The notes below the pieces were generated by a model. That model saw only the letters and a program-made list of their open reading frames with translations, made no database searches and had not been told where the DNA came from. Below, in pieces: positions 25,393-36,807 of a stretch of DNA of 64,000 nucleotides. Origin of the DNA: an uncultured delta proteobacterium. GTDB taxonomy: Bacteria; Desulfobacterota; Binatia; UBA9968. Within the stretch, counting starts at the first letter, position 1. Every line of letters begins with the position of its first letter. The stretch covers positions 81,894 through 145,893 of the forward strand of contig CAWDPO010000008.1 of the NCBI GenBank assembly GCA_963804165.1. The letters are read 5' to 3'. The translations under genes were made by a program, and so were the position numbers.

Positions 25393-26764
25393 ATGGCTAC
25401 GCCGCCACCCGTCACGGATACAATGGTTCGCTTCGTGATCGAAACCGACTTTGCCGTGATATCGGATCAAACCCGTGCCAACGCGAAAATGCATATCCTC
25501 GACACGCTCGGCGTAGCGCTCGCCGGTGTCGAGCAACCGGCGGCAGCGATCGCGCTCGATTACTGCCGTCGCCTCGGTTCTTCCAATGAAGCATCCGATC
25601 TGGGGCACGCGATCAAATGCATCGGTGTCGACGGCGGCATTCGCCAATGGTCTTTTTGCCCACGCGCTCGACTATGACGACTGGGAGCCGTTCATCCACG
25701 TCGGCCACCCGTCCAGCATGATTATCGGCGCGGCGTTGCCGCTGGCCGAAAGTACCGGGGCGACTGGTAAGGAACTGCTAAAGGCTTACGTGCTGGCCAT
25801 CGAAGTCATCTGCAAGCTCGCCGCCAACGCGCCGAACATGCAAGACCGCGGCTTCCACAGCACGCCGGTCTTTGGCAGCCTTGGCGCCGCCGTCGCTTGC
25901 TCGAGTCTTGTTGAAGTTGGATGCGGCAAAATCAAAGGCCGCTCTGGGTGTTGCTGCATCGGCCGCCGGCGGTATCCACCGCCAGCAAGGATCCATGGTG
26001 AAGCCGTTTCACGCCGGCAACGCCGCGCGCAACGGCGCCGAAGCAGCGCTGCTCTCAGCGGCAGGTTTCACCGCCGACGCGGCGATCCTCGAAGCGCCGC
26101 GCGGATTTTGCGACACCTTCTTCGGTCCGGGCACCTGCAATTACGAAAAAATGATCGAGAACATCGGCAAGCCATACTTTTTGGAATCGCCCGGCTTGGG
26201 CCTCAAATGGCACCCATGCAGCGCGCCGCAGTTTCTCGCCGCCGACGCGGCACTCTACTTGAAGCGCGCGCACAAGATCGATTTCGCCAATGTTGCGAAT
26301 ATCGAAGTCAGCATTCCTCCCCTGCGTTACCAGCGCCACTACGCTGCCGAAGTCAAAACCGGACTGCGCGGCAAATTTGCCATCAACTACGTCGTCGCGC
26401 ATGTGCATCTTCGACGGCAAACTGGAACTGGCGACGTTTACGGACGAGAAAGTCAATCGGCCGCAAGTCCAAGAAGCGTTGCAAAAAGTTAAAGTAATCT
26501 GCGACGAAACCATTCCCGAGCCCGGGCCCTACTGCCCGGTCACCGTCGAACTAAAAGACGGCACGCGCTTGAGCCACACGGCGAAAATCGCCAAAGGCGA
26601 TCCGCGCAATCCCATGACGGAAGAACGAAGTCGTGGAAAAGTTTCGCGGCAATGCCAAGTTGGTGATTTCGGAGAAACAAGCGGAAGAGTTGATTGCGAC
26701 CGTGCGCAACTTGGAAGCCGTCGACAATGTGAAAGACCTCGTCAGTCTGCTCGCGCCCGCATAG
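25393..26764 (+). CDS. MmgE/PrpD family protein (several frameshifts)
   Basis: ILDTLGVALAG, AHALDYDD...HPS, RGFH, KPFHAGNAARNG, KGDPRNPM; AAGGAG RBS before ATG 25393. Confidence 0.88.
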
Positions 26765-26792
26765 AACGCATATTGTTTCAGATGCACTTATT

Positions 26793-27090
26793 GTGTCATT
26801 CCGAGGCGAAGCCGAGGAACCTCTGTCGAAAGGTAAGATCCTCCGAGTCCGCGGGCCTGCGTGAAAACACCGTTCATGGTTCCCTTCGTTATTGAGCTCC
26901 GGGCAGGCTGGCTCACCACGAACGGTGCGGTTTCGTTCAAAATAAAGTCTTTAACCGCTCGCCCTGAGACTCGTCGAAGGGTTCCGATAGAGTTTTCGCC
27001 CAGTCTGCCGTTGATGAAAGAGTTTCTGCCGGATGGGTTGAGTGCAGCGAAACCCATCGTTGCACCACTCCAATACTCCACCACTCCATT
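26793..27090. repeat. Composite of degenerate REP-like palindromic elements and (ACTCCA) octamer units
   Basis: tgtcattccgaggcgaagccgagga..., ccgttcatggtt...caccacgaacgg, cgccctgag...gtcgaaggg, cactccaatactccaccactcca. Confidence 0.55.
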
Positions 27091-27176
27091 TCTCTTCCCC
27101 GGATTGGACAACTTTTCCCGACTGCGATAAGTCACAATCGAGTTCGAGAACTGTTCTTTTCTCTCAGGAGGCTTTC

Positions 27177-29297
27177 GTGTCCAGCATCAACCCCTAGCTC
27201 CACTCTTTGAAGCGGATCGTCTCGCCATCATCGGCGCCAGCGAGCGTAATCACTATGCGGTCAATATCTTCAAGAACTTGCAAAATATCGGTTTCGATAC
27301 AGGCGAACATCGTGCCGATCAATCCGGGACGCCCCGAAGTCTTCGGCTTGAAAGCCTATCCCAGCATCGTCGACGTTCCTGGAGAAATCGCGCTCGCAGT
27401 CATCGCAGTCAATACGCAAACCGTGCTTTCCGTCGTCGAAGACGTCGGTAAGAAAGGCGTCAAGGCCGGTGTCATCTTCGCCGACGGCTTTGCCGAAGGC
27501 GGCGACGCTGGTAAAAAACTGCAGCAGGAAGTCACCGCTGCAGCCAAGGCGGCGAATTTGAAACTGCTCGGCCCCAACTGCATGGGTTTCGTCTCCCTGC
27601 GCGCTAAGTTGGGAATCTGGGGCGGCGAGCTGCCGAAAAATATCCGCGCCGGCAACATTGGCTGCATTTTTCAAAGCAGCGGCATGATGAATCTGCTGAT
27701 GAACTTCGGCGTCAAGCGCGGCTTGGGTTTTCACGTCTGCGCCAGCGGCGGCAACGAAATCGTGCTCAACTCCGCCGACTATCTCGCCTATCAAGCCGAG
27801 TGCCCCGAGATCGACGTCATCGCGACTTATTTCGAAGCCGCGCCGAAAGAACCGCAACGCTTCGCCGAAGCCCTCGACCGCGCGATCGCCAATGGCAAAA
27901 GCGTGCTGATTCTGCGCGCCGGCAGAACTGAGCGCGCCAAGCGCAACGTCATTGCCCACACTGGCCAGCTCGCCGGCTCCGCCGCCGCATGGGACGCTTT
28001 TTTCGAGCAGCACGGCGCGATCATCGTCAACGACCTCGACGATTTGATCGATACGACGGCGCTCTTCGCCGGCGCCAAGATTCGTCCCGACAAGCACGAG
28101 CGCGGCGTCGGCCTGATCACGATTTCCGGCGGCGACTGTACCTTGCTCTGCGATATCGCCGATCAGGAAGGCGTGCCCGTGCCGGAACTCAGCCCCGAAA
28201 CGCAACAAATAATGATCGATGCGCTGGATAAGCCGACCTTGCTCGGCAATCCGCTCGACGTCGAAGATCTCCAACGCATGAAACCTGAAGCGTTCGATCG
28301 CTGTTTGGAGAAGTTTTTCGCGGAGCCAAAGATCGACATGCTCGGCGTGCGATTGAATCTGCCCGAAGCCATCACGCCGCCGTCGGAAAAACTCTACCGG
28401 CAGATTTCCGACTTGGGCAAAGCAAACGATAAGCGCGTTTTCATCCTCACCCGCGCCACCGAACCGCCGGCGCAGGCTTGGTACGACAAACTCAACAGCC
28501 TTGACCTTACGTTTACCGGCGATTATCGCAAATCCCTGCGAGCCATGAGCCGTTTACGGAAAAGCGAGGGCGACCGCGCCGTCGGCCGCTTTCTGCCCGT
28601 GACACGCTCCTGCGCAGCGCCGTCGCGACGACCACTCGGCGGCGGGGTGTTGTCTCACCATGCAACCAATGAGCTATTGCAGGCCTATGGAATTGTCGTG
28701 GCACCCGACGTTCTCACGCGTTCGGTGAGCGAAGCCGTCGCCGCCGCCGATAAGCTCGGTTATCCTTGTGTGCTCAAAGTCGCCTCCGTCGACATCCCGC
28801 ACAAAACCGAGCTCGGCGCGCTCCGCCTCGGTTTGGCTGATCGGGTGGCGATAGGAACCGCCTACGAAGAGATGCTCGCGAATGTTAAAAACAAGAAGCC
28901 GAATGCGAACATAGAAGGCGTTCTCGTTCAGCGGCAGATCAAAGGTGTCGAATGTCTGCTCGGTATCTCGCGCGACGAGCAGCTCGGGCCGACTTTGGTC
29001 ATGGGCCTTGGCGGCGTCTTCGTCGAAATTCTCGCCGACGTGGCGATTCGCATCCCGCCGATCAGCGCCAACGAAGCGCGCCGCGCTCTTCAAAGCTTGA
29101 AAGGCGCGAAAGTATTTGCCGGCGCCCGCGGCGCCCCGCCCGCCGATATCGACGCTCTCGCCGACATGGCCGCGCGCCTGTCATGGCTTGCCTTCGATTT
29201 GCGCGACGACATCGCCGAATTGGATTTGAATCCGGTCGTCGCTCTGCCGCAGGGGCAAGGCGCCTTCGCGGTGGACGCACTGGTGGTGGGGCGTTAA
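27177..29297 (+). CDS. Acyl-CoA synthetase (ADP-forming, acetate-CoA ligase family), N-terminal frameshifts
   Basis: AIIGAS, LLGPNCMG, QSSG, AHTGQLAG (phospho-His), NPLD, ATP-grasp GYPCVLK...HKTE, ELDLNPV. Confidence 0.9.
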
Positions 29298-29427
29298 CTC
29301 TGTTTGCTGCGCCACAGAGACTAATGGCGATTGAGCGTTAGAGGCTGCGGAGCTGGCGAGCCATGGACTTGAAATAGAGGCAATCGTTGATCAGATGTTA
29401 GTGTGATTCGCTGAGGCAGTAACACAC

Positions 29428-29835
29428 ATGTCCGAGAAAACCGAAGTCCCTACCGAACCGGCACCGTCGCTCGTCACCGTTACCCACTTCGTGTATGCCT
29501 TGCACACTCTGAGCCTTCTCATCGGCATAACGACCGCTGCGACAATCATCGGTGCCTTCGTTTTTGGTGTGCCCTCGATCATTGCCGTCGTCATCAACTA
29601 CCTGAAGAGAGGAGAAGCGAGAGGGACCTTTCTCGAGTCACACTTTCGCTGGCAGATTCGGACGTTTTGGTTTGCGCTGCTCTGGTGTCTGATCGGCGGG
29701 TTTTTCTTCGCAACTTTTATAGGCATTCCGCTCGCAATGATGGTTTTCATCGCGGCCGGCGCGTGGGTCATCTACCGGATCGCTCGCGGCTGGCTGGCGC
29801 TGCGAGATGGAAAGCCGATGTATGCGAACGGATGA
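29428..29835 (+). CDS. Small membrane protein (DUF4870-like)
   Basis: VYAL..., IAVVINYLKR, SHFRWQIRTFW, YRIARGWL motifs with three TM segments. Confidence 0.8.
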   Translation: MSEKTEVPTEPAPSLVTVTHFVYALHTLSLLIGITTAATIIGAFVFGVPSIIAVVINYLKRGEARGTFLESHFRWQIRTFWFALLWCLIGGFFFATFIGIPLAMMVFIAAGAWVIYRIARGWLALRDGKPMYANG

Positions 29836-30042
29836 CTACCGACCCACCCTTATCCCGCGAAGGAGATCCATTTGCGAGTCGCATTTTAGATCACAACTTC
29901 TGCAATTCCGCGCGCACCTCCGGATTCGTCGACCCGCCGCCCTTGCACTTAGCAATCGCAACACGGAAGTAAAGACGCGGCCCCGCGCTGATTTCCGACG
30001 CATTGATCTCGACATCGCGCGTTCGTCGGGCATAGACATTTC

Positions 30043-30849
30043 ATGATGCCAACCTCGCTCATTCCATTGACAGCTGCTTTCCTTTCGACGTTTTTCGTCT
30101 TTCATCTGCTGACACTTTCGTCGGCTTTTTCTTGGTTCGACAAAGGCCATCGGATCGTCGGCTTGATCGCCCAGGCAAATCTCACCGCCGAGGCGCGCAC
30201 GGAGATTGAAAAGATCCTTCCCGGCAGCATGACGCTGGCGGACGCCGCGATTTGGCCGGACCATGAGGGGCGAAGCATACGAGATTTCGATCCCCTCCAC
30301 TACGTCATCATTCCGGAGAATGCCGATGGCTACGATCAAGCGCGCGACTGCCCGGAGCGAAACTGCATGGTCGAAGCTCTCAAATGGTTTTTAGCGGTGG
30401 TCGCAGATAGGAATGCGCCGATCATGACGAGGAGACTCGCGCTACACTACGTCGCCCACTTGGTAGGTGACATGCACCAGCCGCTTCATGCCGGTCGAGC
30501 CAAGGATGCCGGCGGCACCGGTATTCGCATAGCTTACAGAGGACAGACAACGAATCTCCACTTTTTTTGGGACACAAACCTGGTGGAAATGGAAACAGGC
30601 AACGACGAAGAAGTCGCCAAGCGGCTTACCGCGAACCTCACGGAAGAAGAGCGCCTCAAATGGCAATCGGGTGATCCCACACAGTGGACTAATGAATCGC
30701 TAATGTTGGTGCGGTCGCACGCCTACGAGACTGGATCGTCGGTCGAGCTCACCGACGAATATGTGGAGAAGGCCCGCCCAATTGTTCGAACCAGACTTGC
30801 TCAGGCGGGGATCAGATTAGCATGGTTGCTGAACATCGCTTTGAAATAA
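30043..30849 (+). CDS. S1/P1 nuclease, secreted
   Basis: Signal peptide then W...GH, WPD, H.VGDMHQPLH, NLH..WD zinc-ligand motifs. Confidence 0.92.
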   Translation: MMPTSLIPLTAAFLSTFFVFHLLTLSSAFSWFDKGHRIVGLIAQANLTAEARTEIEKILPGSMTLADAAIWPDHEGRSIRDFDPLHYVIIPENADGYDQARDCPERNCMVEALKWFLAVVADRNAPIMTRRLALHYVAHLVGDMHQPLHAGRAKDAGGTGIRIAYRGQTTNLHFFWDTNLVEMETGNDEEVAKRLTANLTEEERLKWQSGDPTQWTNESLMLVRSHAYETGSSVELTDEYVEKARPIVRTRLAQAGIRLAWLLNIALK

Positions 30850-31007
30850 GCAAAAGCGCGCGGAGTACCGACTCCGGCCTGACTCTCCACCCTTCACTTG
30901 GAATCAGCCATGGCTATCATGATAATCTTTCTTTAGAAATCCAGGCTGTTACGCTGCCAGCAGCACCTCATAGTATTGGGTGACTCTGAGACATCGAGGC
31001 AACGATT

Positions 31008-31277
31008 ATGTGTAGAAACATTAAAACGCTTTTCAACTTCCAACCGCCCGTGAGCGAGGAAGAGATTCGCGCGGCCTCATTACAATTCGTGAGAAAAGTC
31101 AGCGGCTTCAACAAGCCGTCGAAAGCCAACGAAGCTGCGTTCCTCGCCGCCATTGACGAAATAGCGGTGATCTCCGGTAGGCTTCTGCGGTCCCTCGAGA
31201 CCAACGCGCCGCCGAGGAACCGCACAGAAGAAGCTGCCAAGGCGCAGGCACGCGCTGTTCAGAGATTCCCTAAGTAA
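31008..31277 (+). CDS. DUF2277 family small protein
   Basis: MCRNIKTLFNF.PP...EIRAASLQFVRKVSGF.KPS.ANEAAF signature. Confidence 0.85.
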   Translation: MCRNIKTLFNFQPPVSEEEIRAASLQFVRKVSGFNKPSKANEAAFLAAIDEIAVISGRLLRSLETNAPPRNRTEEAAKAQARAVQRFPK

Positions 31278-31292
31278 TTGCTCAAGGAAGGC

Positions 31293-31455
31293 GGTCAGGT
31301 CGCACGCGTACAACAGCGGACCATCGGTGGACTCTCCGACGATTATGTCGAGAAACTCCGCTCGATTGTCCGACGAAGACTTGCACAGGCTGGCATTAAG
31401 TTAGCCGGATTGCTGAATAACGTGTTGAAATAACGATAGACCCGCCGAGTACGAG
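31293..31455 (+). pseudogene. Diverged copy of the 3' end of an S1/P1 nuclease gene
   Basis: VRSHAY...DDYVEKLRSIVRRRLAQAGIKLAGLLNNVLK* aligns to VRSHAY...DEYVEKARPIVRTRLAQAGIRLAWLLNIALK* of 30043..30849; gagtac follows both stops. Confidence 0.85.
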
Positions 31456-31705
31456 ACGCGCGCCCTTGATCACAATTCCCCTCAAGAATCGGGCGCCGGT
31501 AGAATCCAGACTCGGGCCAGACCGCGTTTCGCGTCCTCCGGCACGCTGTCCAGTCTAAGACGATTCACAATCTGTTTCGCCAAACGTCTAACGACTTGGC
31601 GCTTGACGCTGCATGGGGGAGTTTCAGACGGCTCTCATTCAAAAGCCCCCTCGTCCCTCGCCGCATACGAGGATACGGTTAACTCCTCGCCAAGGAGGAA
31701 GGGTC

Positions 31706-32494
31706 ATGATCGGAGAATCCACCGCGCAGACGCGGCTTTGCCCATACTGTGCCAACAGCATCGCGGAGGATGCCGCGGATTGTCCTTATTGCAAGGCCGA
31801 TTTCTCTTCGCAAATTGCCCCCAAATGGCTCAGGCGCGGCGAACCATCGTCCGAACCAAGAATTGGCTCGGATAATCACAAGAGATCCTCAATCCCTGCA
31901 AAGTTTATCTGGCCGGCCGCCTTGCTCGTTCTGGCTTTGATTGCCTTTTTTGCCGGCGGGTACATACAACGCAGCGAGCTATTGCTGTCGTCGCAGGCCA
32001 ACCTAAAGCGGCTCCAAGCAAAGGATCAAATGATTCAAAGTCAGGAAGCGCAACTTGCTCAAACGCGGCAACAACTGAACGAGAACGCCAATCAACTCGC
32101 CGAAATGAAGACTAAACTCGAGGCAAGCCAGAAAGAACTTTCGCTAACACAGCAGCGGCTAACTGTCGCCACGCGTCCAGTAGATCGTCCGAACGCGAGC
32201 CGGTCTCCGGCTGTCATGAGAACTGCATCGCGCGCACCGGATACGACTGCGTCACTTCCTCAGCCGGTGGCGGCAAGACGCACAGCGGCACCGGGAGTCT
32301 ACGAGACAACCAAGGCGACGTCGGTATATGAAAATCCGTCATCGGCTTCGCACGTCATTTCGCAAGTCGACAGAGGAACCAGGATCAACGTCGTAGGTTC
32401 TAACGGCGGTTGGTTGGAAGTGCGGTCGAAGCGCGGCAATCCTCCGGGATATGTACGCTCCGATGATGCGCGGCAGATCGGCGGAGCGAGCTGA
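31706..32494 (+). CDS. Zinc-ribbon / TM / coiled-coil / bacterial SH3 domain protein
   Basis: CPYC...CPYC, one TM, Q-rich coil, C-terminal SH3b-like (GTRINVVG..GGWLEVR...GYV); GGAGG RBS before ATG 31706. Confidence 0.8.
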   Translation: MIGESTAQTRLCPYCANSIAEDAADCPYCKADFSSQIAPKWLRRGEPSSEPRIGSDNHKRSSIPAKFIWPAALLVLALIAFFAGGYIQRSELLLSSQANLKRLQAKDQMIQSQEAQLAQTRQQLNENANQLAEMKTKLEASQKELSLTQQRLTVATRPVDRPNASRSPAVMRTASRAPDTTASLPQPVAARRTAAPGVYETTKATSVYENPSSASHVISQVDRGTRINVVGSNGGWLEVRSKRGNPPGYVRSDDARQIGGAS

Positions 32495-32661
32495 GAAACG
32501 CCCCCCGGCGCCCGAGCTGCAAATCGATTTTTTCCGTCGGTGATCGGCAATGCCTCGAGACGTTGGTTTTTCACGCGACGATTCTGGTCTCGCGAGTTGT
32601 CAAAGTGCGCAGCTTAATTAGGCTCTGCGGTTCGCCGCAGGCGAATCCGGACCGGCGCTGA

Positions 32662-33123
32662 TTAGCTGCGCTGCGATTCCATTACCTGTTTTAGGTTTTG
32701 CAATACCTCCCCCCAAGCCAACTTGTTGGATTCAAAAAATTCACTCCGTTCATCATAGCGGTCTTGGGAAAAATCCAACGTCGTGGCGCGGACCTGATCG
32801 GGATTGGCGCCGGACGACACGACGTTATCGCGCTCGACGATCTCGAAAATGAAGTGTGTACCCGTCCAGGCGGAAGCCGGGCTGCTCTTGGGATGGGTAC
32901 TGATGCACTCCCATTCAACCCGCTTGTTCGGCACCTGTTCGACCACTCTCAATTTCACCACTCCGTGCTCCGGACCCGGATTGTGTTCCAAGACCAGGCC
33001 GCGATCGGTTTGGGTGGCCGTTTGTTTGTCCCACCAAGTGCTGATTCCGTCCGCCGTCGAAAGCGCTTCATACACTTTCGCCACCGGCGCGTTGATCAAA
33101 ACCTGATGACGGATGGTTGCCAT
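32662..33123 (-). CDS. SRPBCC (AHSA1-like) domain protein
   Basis: IRHQVLINAPVAKVYEAL...WW, PNKRVEWEC, WTGT, W...L..LK. Confidence 0.85.
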   Translation of the reverse strand: MATIRHQVLINAPVAKVYEALSTADGISTWWDKQTATQTDRGLVLEHNPGPEHGVVKLRVVEQVPNKRVEWECISTHPKSSPASAWTGTHFIFEIVERDNVVSSGANPDQVRATTLDFSQDRYDERSEFFESNKLAWGEVLQNLKQVMESQRS

Positions 33124-33256
33124 AATGACCCTCCTAAAACCGCTCTCTAGAACTTCATAACTTTTATGTAGCTGGTTCAAGACGGGGCGCCTCGGAGGCG
33201 GCAGGCCGCTGAAAAAGATTCATAGGCTTCGTTACACTCAATCGCCTCATCGGGAC

Positions 33257-33336
33257 TGGAGTAATGGCATGACGGAGTGGTGGAGTGATGGGTTTGAGAC
33301 CCAATACTCCAATATTCCATTACTCCAACACTCCAT
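33257..33336. repeat. Hairpin of 8-bp units (TGGAGTRR)n...(YACTCCA)n
   Basis: tggagtaatgg...cggagtggtggagtgatggg tttgaga cccaatactccaatattccattactccaacactcca. Confidence 0.8.
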
Positions 33337-33494
33337 TTTGTCCTCGCGCCTCGCCTCTAGGATCTTTTTGAATGTCCAAGCCAGCCCCCTTAAACCCTAA
33401 AAATTTCCCTCGACATAGAAAATTGGCTTTTATAATGTGGCCGTGACCGGTTTCGGCGCCTGCCCGGTATTTTGTTTCCAGGAGGGACTGAACA

Positions 33495-34475
33495 ATGAAA
33501 AGAATCATCCTGCCGATGATCTCGTCGCTGCTGATCGGTGTGTTGCTGCTTCCCGGCCAATCGGCATTCGCCCTCGATAAAATCAACGTCACTCTGCCAT
33601 CCAAGTCGTTTCAATTCATCATCTTTCCGCTCGCCAAGGAGCGCGGTTACATGAAGGAGGAAGGGATCGATCTCAATATCGTCGTTATGGCCTCCACCAC
33701 CGGCCTGCAAGCCGTGCTCGCGGGAGAAATGGATTTCACCGGTTCCGGCAGCAGCGCCCTGGTCGCCGTCACTCAAGGCAACGCGCCGCTCAAAACCGTG
33801 TTGGCCGTCAACGATCAGGTGCTACAGTGGTTGATGGTCCGGCCCCAGTACAGCACTTTCAAAGATCTCAAGAATAAAAAAATCGCTGTCACCGGCATCG
33901 CCGCGGTGGCGACGTTCATGTTGAAAAAAGTTGCGCCAAAGTACGGCCTCGACGCCAACAAGGATTTGACGTTTCTCGCGCTGCCGCCGGGCCAGCGTCT
34001 TGCGGCGCTACAGTCGGGGGTCGTGGATGCCGGGCTATTGAGTTCGGAGGAACGCTTTGCCGCCCTCGATCAAGGCATGAAAGAGATCTTGTATCTGGGC
34101 AAAGAAGTGAAAAATTCCTGGGGCACGGTGGCGACCAACGACCAATTCATCAAAGCTAAACCCAAGTTGATGCATGGATTCATGCGCGCCCTGCTCAAAT
34201 CCCTGCGGCTGGTCAAGCAGAACCGCGAGGTTGCGATGGATACCATGATGAAATTTTCCGAGTTAGACAGAGAATTGGCGGCGCGTACTTACGACGGCAT
34301 GATCAAAACTTTTACGACCAACGGCGTGGTCGACGAAGAAACGCAGAAAAACGATCTCGACATTGTTCGCGAAGTTCTCAAAGTCACCAAGGAAGTGCCC
34401 ATCGAGCGCGCCTACGATTTCAGCTTTGCAAAGAAAGCCGACAGCGAGCTGACCCAAGCGGGCTGGAAACCGTAG
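33495..34475 (+). CDS. NitT/TauT ABC substrate-binding protein
   Basis: Signal peptide; GYMKEEGID, DLKNKKIAV, YDFSF. Confidence 0.88.
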   Translation: MKRIILPMISSLLIGVLLLPGQSAFALDKINVTLPSKSFQFIIFPLAKERGYMKEEGIDLNIVVMASTTGLQAVLAGEMDFTGSGSSALVAVTQGNAPLKTVLAVNDQVLQWLMVRPQYSTFKDLKNKKIAVTGIAAVATFMLKKVAPKYGLDANKDLTFLALPPGQRLAALQSGVVDAGLLSSEERFAALDQGMKEILYLGKEVKNSWGTVATNDQFIKAKPKLMHGFMRALLKSLRLVKQNREVAMDTMMKFSELDRELAARTYDGMIKTFTTNGVVDEETQKNDLDIVREVLKVTKEVPIERAYDFSFAKKADSELTQAGWKP

Positions 34476-34534
34476 AGACTTCACGAAGACGATTGTCTAA
34501 TCTCCTTGCAATATACGGTAGCGGATACATAACT

Positions 34535-35701
34535 ATGAAGCGCAGCACGGAAAAAATTCTCACGACCCACGTCGGCAGCCTGATCCGCCCGGTGGAAATT
34601 ATCGATGCCATGCGAGCCAGGGTAAACAAAGAGCCCTACGACCGGGAAAGCTTGGCCGAGAGTTTGCGCAAAGGTGTAACGGAGGTCGTGCGCAGGCAGG
34701 CCGAAGTTGGCATCGACGTCGTCAGCGATGGAGAGTTTGGCAAGTCGGGGTTTGCAGCTTATATCAATGAACGGCTTGGCGGATTTGAACGCCGGCCGGG
34801 CAATCCCGGCGAGTCCGGCGTATCGCGGGGCAAGGATCGCAGGGACTTCGCCGACTTCTATCGAGAGTATGACCGCCTTACGCAATCCCACCGTCCGGCG
34901 AGCGCGAAATGGGTGTGCACCGGACCGATCACCTACGATCCGACACTGCTACAGATCGATATCGCCAATTTCACGGCGGCACTCGCTGGCGTAGACGTGG
35001 CAGAAGCGTTCATGCCGGTGGCCGCGCCCATTACCGTGGAGACGGACCGCCGCAACGAGTACTACCCAAGTCAGGAAGCCTACCTTTACGCCATCGCGGA
35101 TGCGCTGAAACAAGAGTACAAAGCGATTGTCGACGCGGGCTTTCTGGTCCAGCTGGACGATCCATGGATTACCGCGCGCTGGGACCAGTTGCTGCCCAAC
35201 GTCGATCTGAAGGAATTCCAGAAATTTTGTGAAACGCGGATCGAAGCGACTAACTACGCGCTCGCTGACATTCCGCGGGATCGCATCCGCTACCACATTT
35301 GCTGGGGCAGTTGGCATGGGCCGCACAGCACGGATATCCCGATCAAGCATATCCAGTCACTATTTCTGAAGGTCAAGGCTGGTGCCTATCTGTTCGAAGC
35401 GGCCAACGTGCGCCATGAGCACGAATGGCAGGTGTGGCGGGACATCAAGCCGCCGGAGGGAACGGTGCTCATTCCCGGCGTCGTCACCCATGCGACCAAC
35501 TTGATCGAGCATCCCGAGCTGGTGGCGCAGCGCATCGTGCGGCTTGCCAAACTCGTCGGGCGCGAAAACGTCCTTGCCGGCACCGACTGCGGCTTTTCCC
35601 AAGGCCCCTTCAGCGCCAAGGTCCATCCATCGATCCAGTGGGCGAAGCTCAAGGCGTTGGTGGAGGGGGCGGAACTAGCGAGCAAGAAGCTATGGCCGTA
35701 A
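34535..35701 (+). CDS. Cobalamin-independent methionine synthase II family protein
   Basis: TTHVGSL, DGEFGK, QLDDP, HICWG, GTDCGF zinc-ligand motifs. Confidence 0.92.
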   Translation: MKRSTEKILTTHVGSLIRPVEIIDAMRARVNKEPYDRESLAESLRKGVTEVVRRQAEVGIDVVSDGEFGKSGFAAYINERLGGFERRPGNPGESGVSRGKDRRDFADFYREYDRLTQSHRPASAKWVCTGPITYDPTLLQIDIANFTAALAGVDVAEAFMPVAAPITVETDRRNEYYPSQEAYLYAIADALKQEYKAIVDAGFLVQLDDPWITARWDQLLPNVDLKEFQKFCETRIEATNYALADIPRDRIRYHICWGSWHGPHSTDIPIKHIQSLFLKVKAGAYLFEAANVRHEHEWQVWRDIKPPEGTVLIPGVVTHATNLIEHPELVAQRIVRLAKLVGRENVLAGTDCGFSQGPFSAKVHPSIQWAKLKALVEGAELASKKLWP

Positions 35702-35827
35702 GGCCGTGCCGCGGCGCCGCCGGTGATGTCTTGCACGGGGTGGATGCGCGTGAAGGAATACCGAATTGAATGCTAAGATTGCTATACCCGCCCTAAATTA
35801 TGTTTTCCATGAGCTACGGTAGAGAAA

Positions 35828-35972
35828 TTAAGTTCGCCACATAAGTAGAACGTCATTCCGGGCAACCCCCGCGAAGGCCCGGGGCGACCCGGAATCCACC
35901 TTCTCGTTTTCACGGGAATGACGACTGAAACACCTATGACTTTTGCAAGGAATTTCTGATACAGGACACGAG
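35828..35972. mobile_element. MITE/REP-like palindromic element (copy 1)
   Basis: aagttcgccacataa...cgtcattccgggcaacccc...gcgacccggaatcca...ggaatgacg; inverted homolog at 38618..38800. Confidence 0.7.
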
Positions 35973-36024
35973 TAGCGCTGTTCCTTTATCGGCAACGGTT
36001 GCGAAAATTTGAGAGGAGAATTCG

Positions 36025-36807
36025 TTGAACTCAATCGCAAAGTATTTTGATTGCCATTTTCATATCATCGACAAGAACTTTCCCGTCGTGTCCAATCAAG
36101 GATTCATGCCCGACGCGTTTACCAGCGAGGATTATTTGGAGCGCTTGAAAGCGGTCGACCTTTGCGGCGGCGCGGTGGTGTCCGGCTCCTTCCAAGCTTT
36201 CGATCAATCGTATCTCTTCCATGCTTTGAAAGTGCTTGGCCCGACCTTTGTCGGAGTCACGCAAGTGCCGCAGACCGTCTCGGATCAGGAGTTACGGGAA
36301 CTCAACAGCGCAGGGGTTCGCGCCGTCCGTTTCAACGTCAAGCGCGGCGGTTCGGAAGAAATCCACCACCTGGAAAACTTTGCGCGGCGCGTTCATGAAT
36401 TGGTGGGCTGGCACACCGAGTTGTATGTCGATTCCACCGAGCTGGCCGATCTGTTTGAGACTCTTGTCGCGTTGCCGGCGGTCAGCATCGACCATCTCGG
36501 TCTGTCTAAAGCAGGTTTTCCAACGCTGCTCAAACTTGCGGAAAAAGGTGTGCGGGTGAAGGCCACCGGCTTCGGACGAGTAGACTTTGATGTGCGCCCC
36601 GCGCTGACTGACCTCTATGCGGCCAATCCGCGGGCGCTCATGTTCGGCACCGACCTGCCGTCCACACGCGCACCAAGGCCTTATCAAGATGACGATTACA
36701 CGCTGGTTCTGGGAATATTGGGAGAAGAAAAGGCGGCGAATGTTTTCTACAAAAACGCCATTGAGTTTTATCGGCCGAAAAGATTGGGTAGGCGCTGGGC
36801 TGACTAG
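36025..36807 (+). CDS. Amidohydrolase (LigI/2-pyrone-4,6-dicarboxylate hydrolase-like)
   Basis: FDCHFH, GVRAVRFN, GWHTELY, IDHLG, LMFGTD.P. Confidence 0.85.
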   Translation: MNSIAKYFDCHFHIIDKNFPVVSNQGFMPDAFTSEDYLERLKAVDLCGGAVVSGSFQAFDQSYLFHALKVLGPTFVGVTQVPQTVSDQELRELNSAGVRAVRFNVKRGGSEEIHHLENFARRVHELVGWHTELYVDSTELADLFETLVALPAVSIDHLGLSKAGFPTLLKLAEKGVRVKATGFGRVDFDVRPALTDLYAANPRALMFGTDLPSTRAPRPYQDDDYTLVLGILGEEKAANVFYKNAIEFYRPKRLGRRWAD

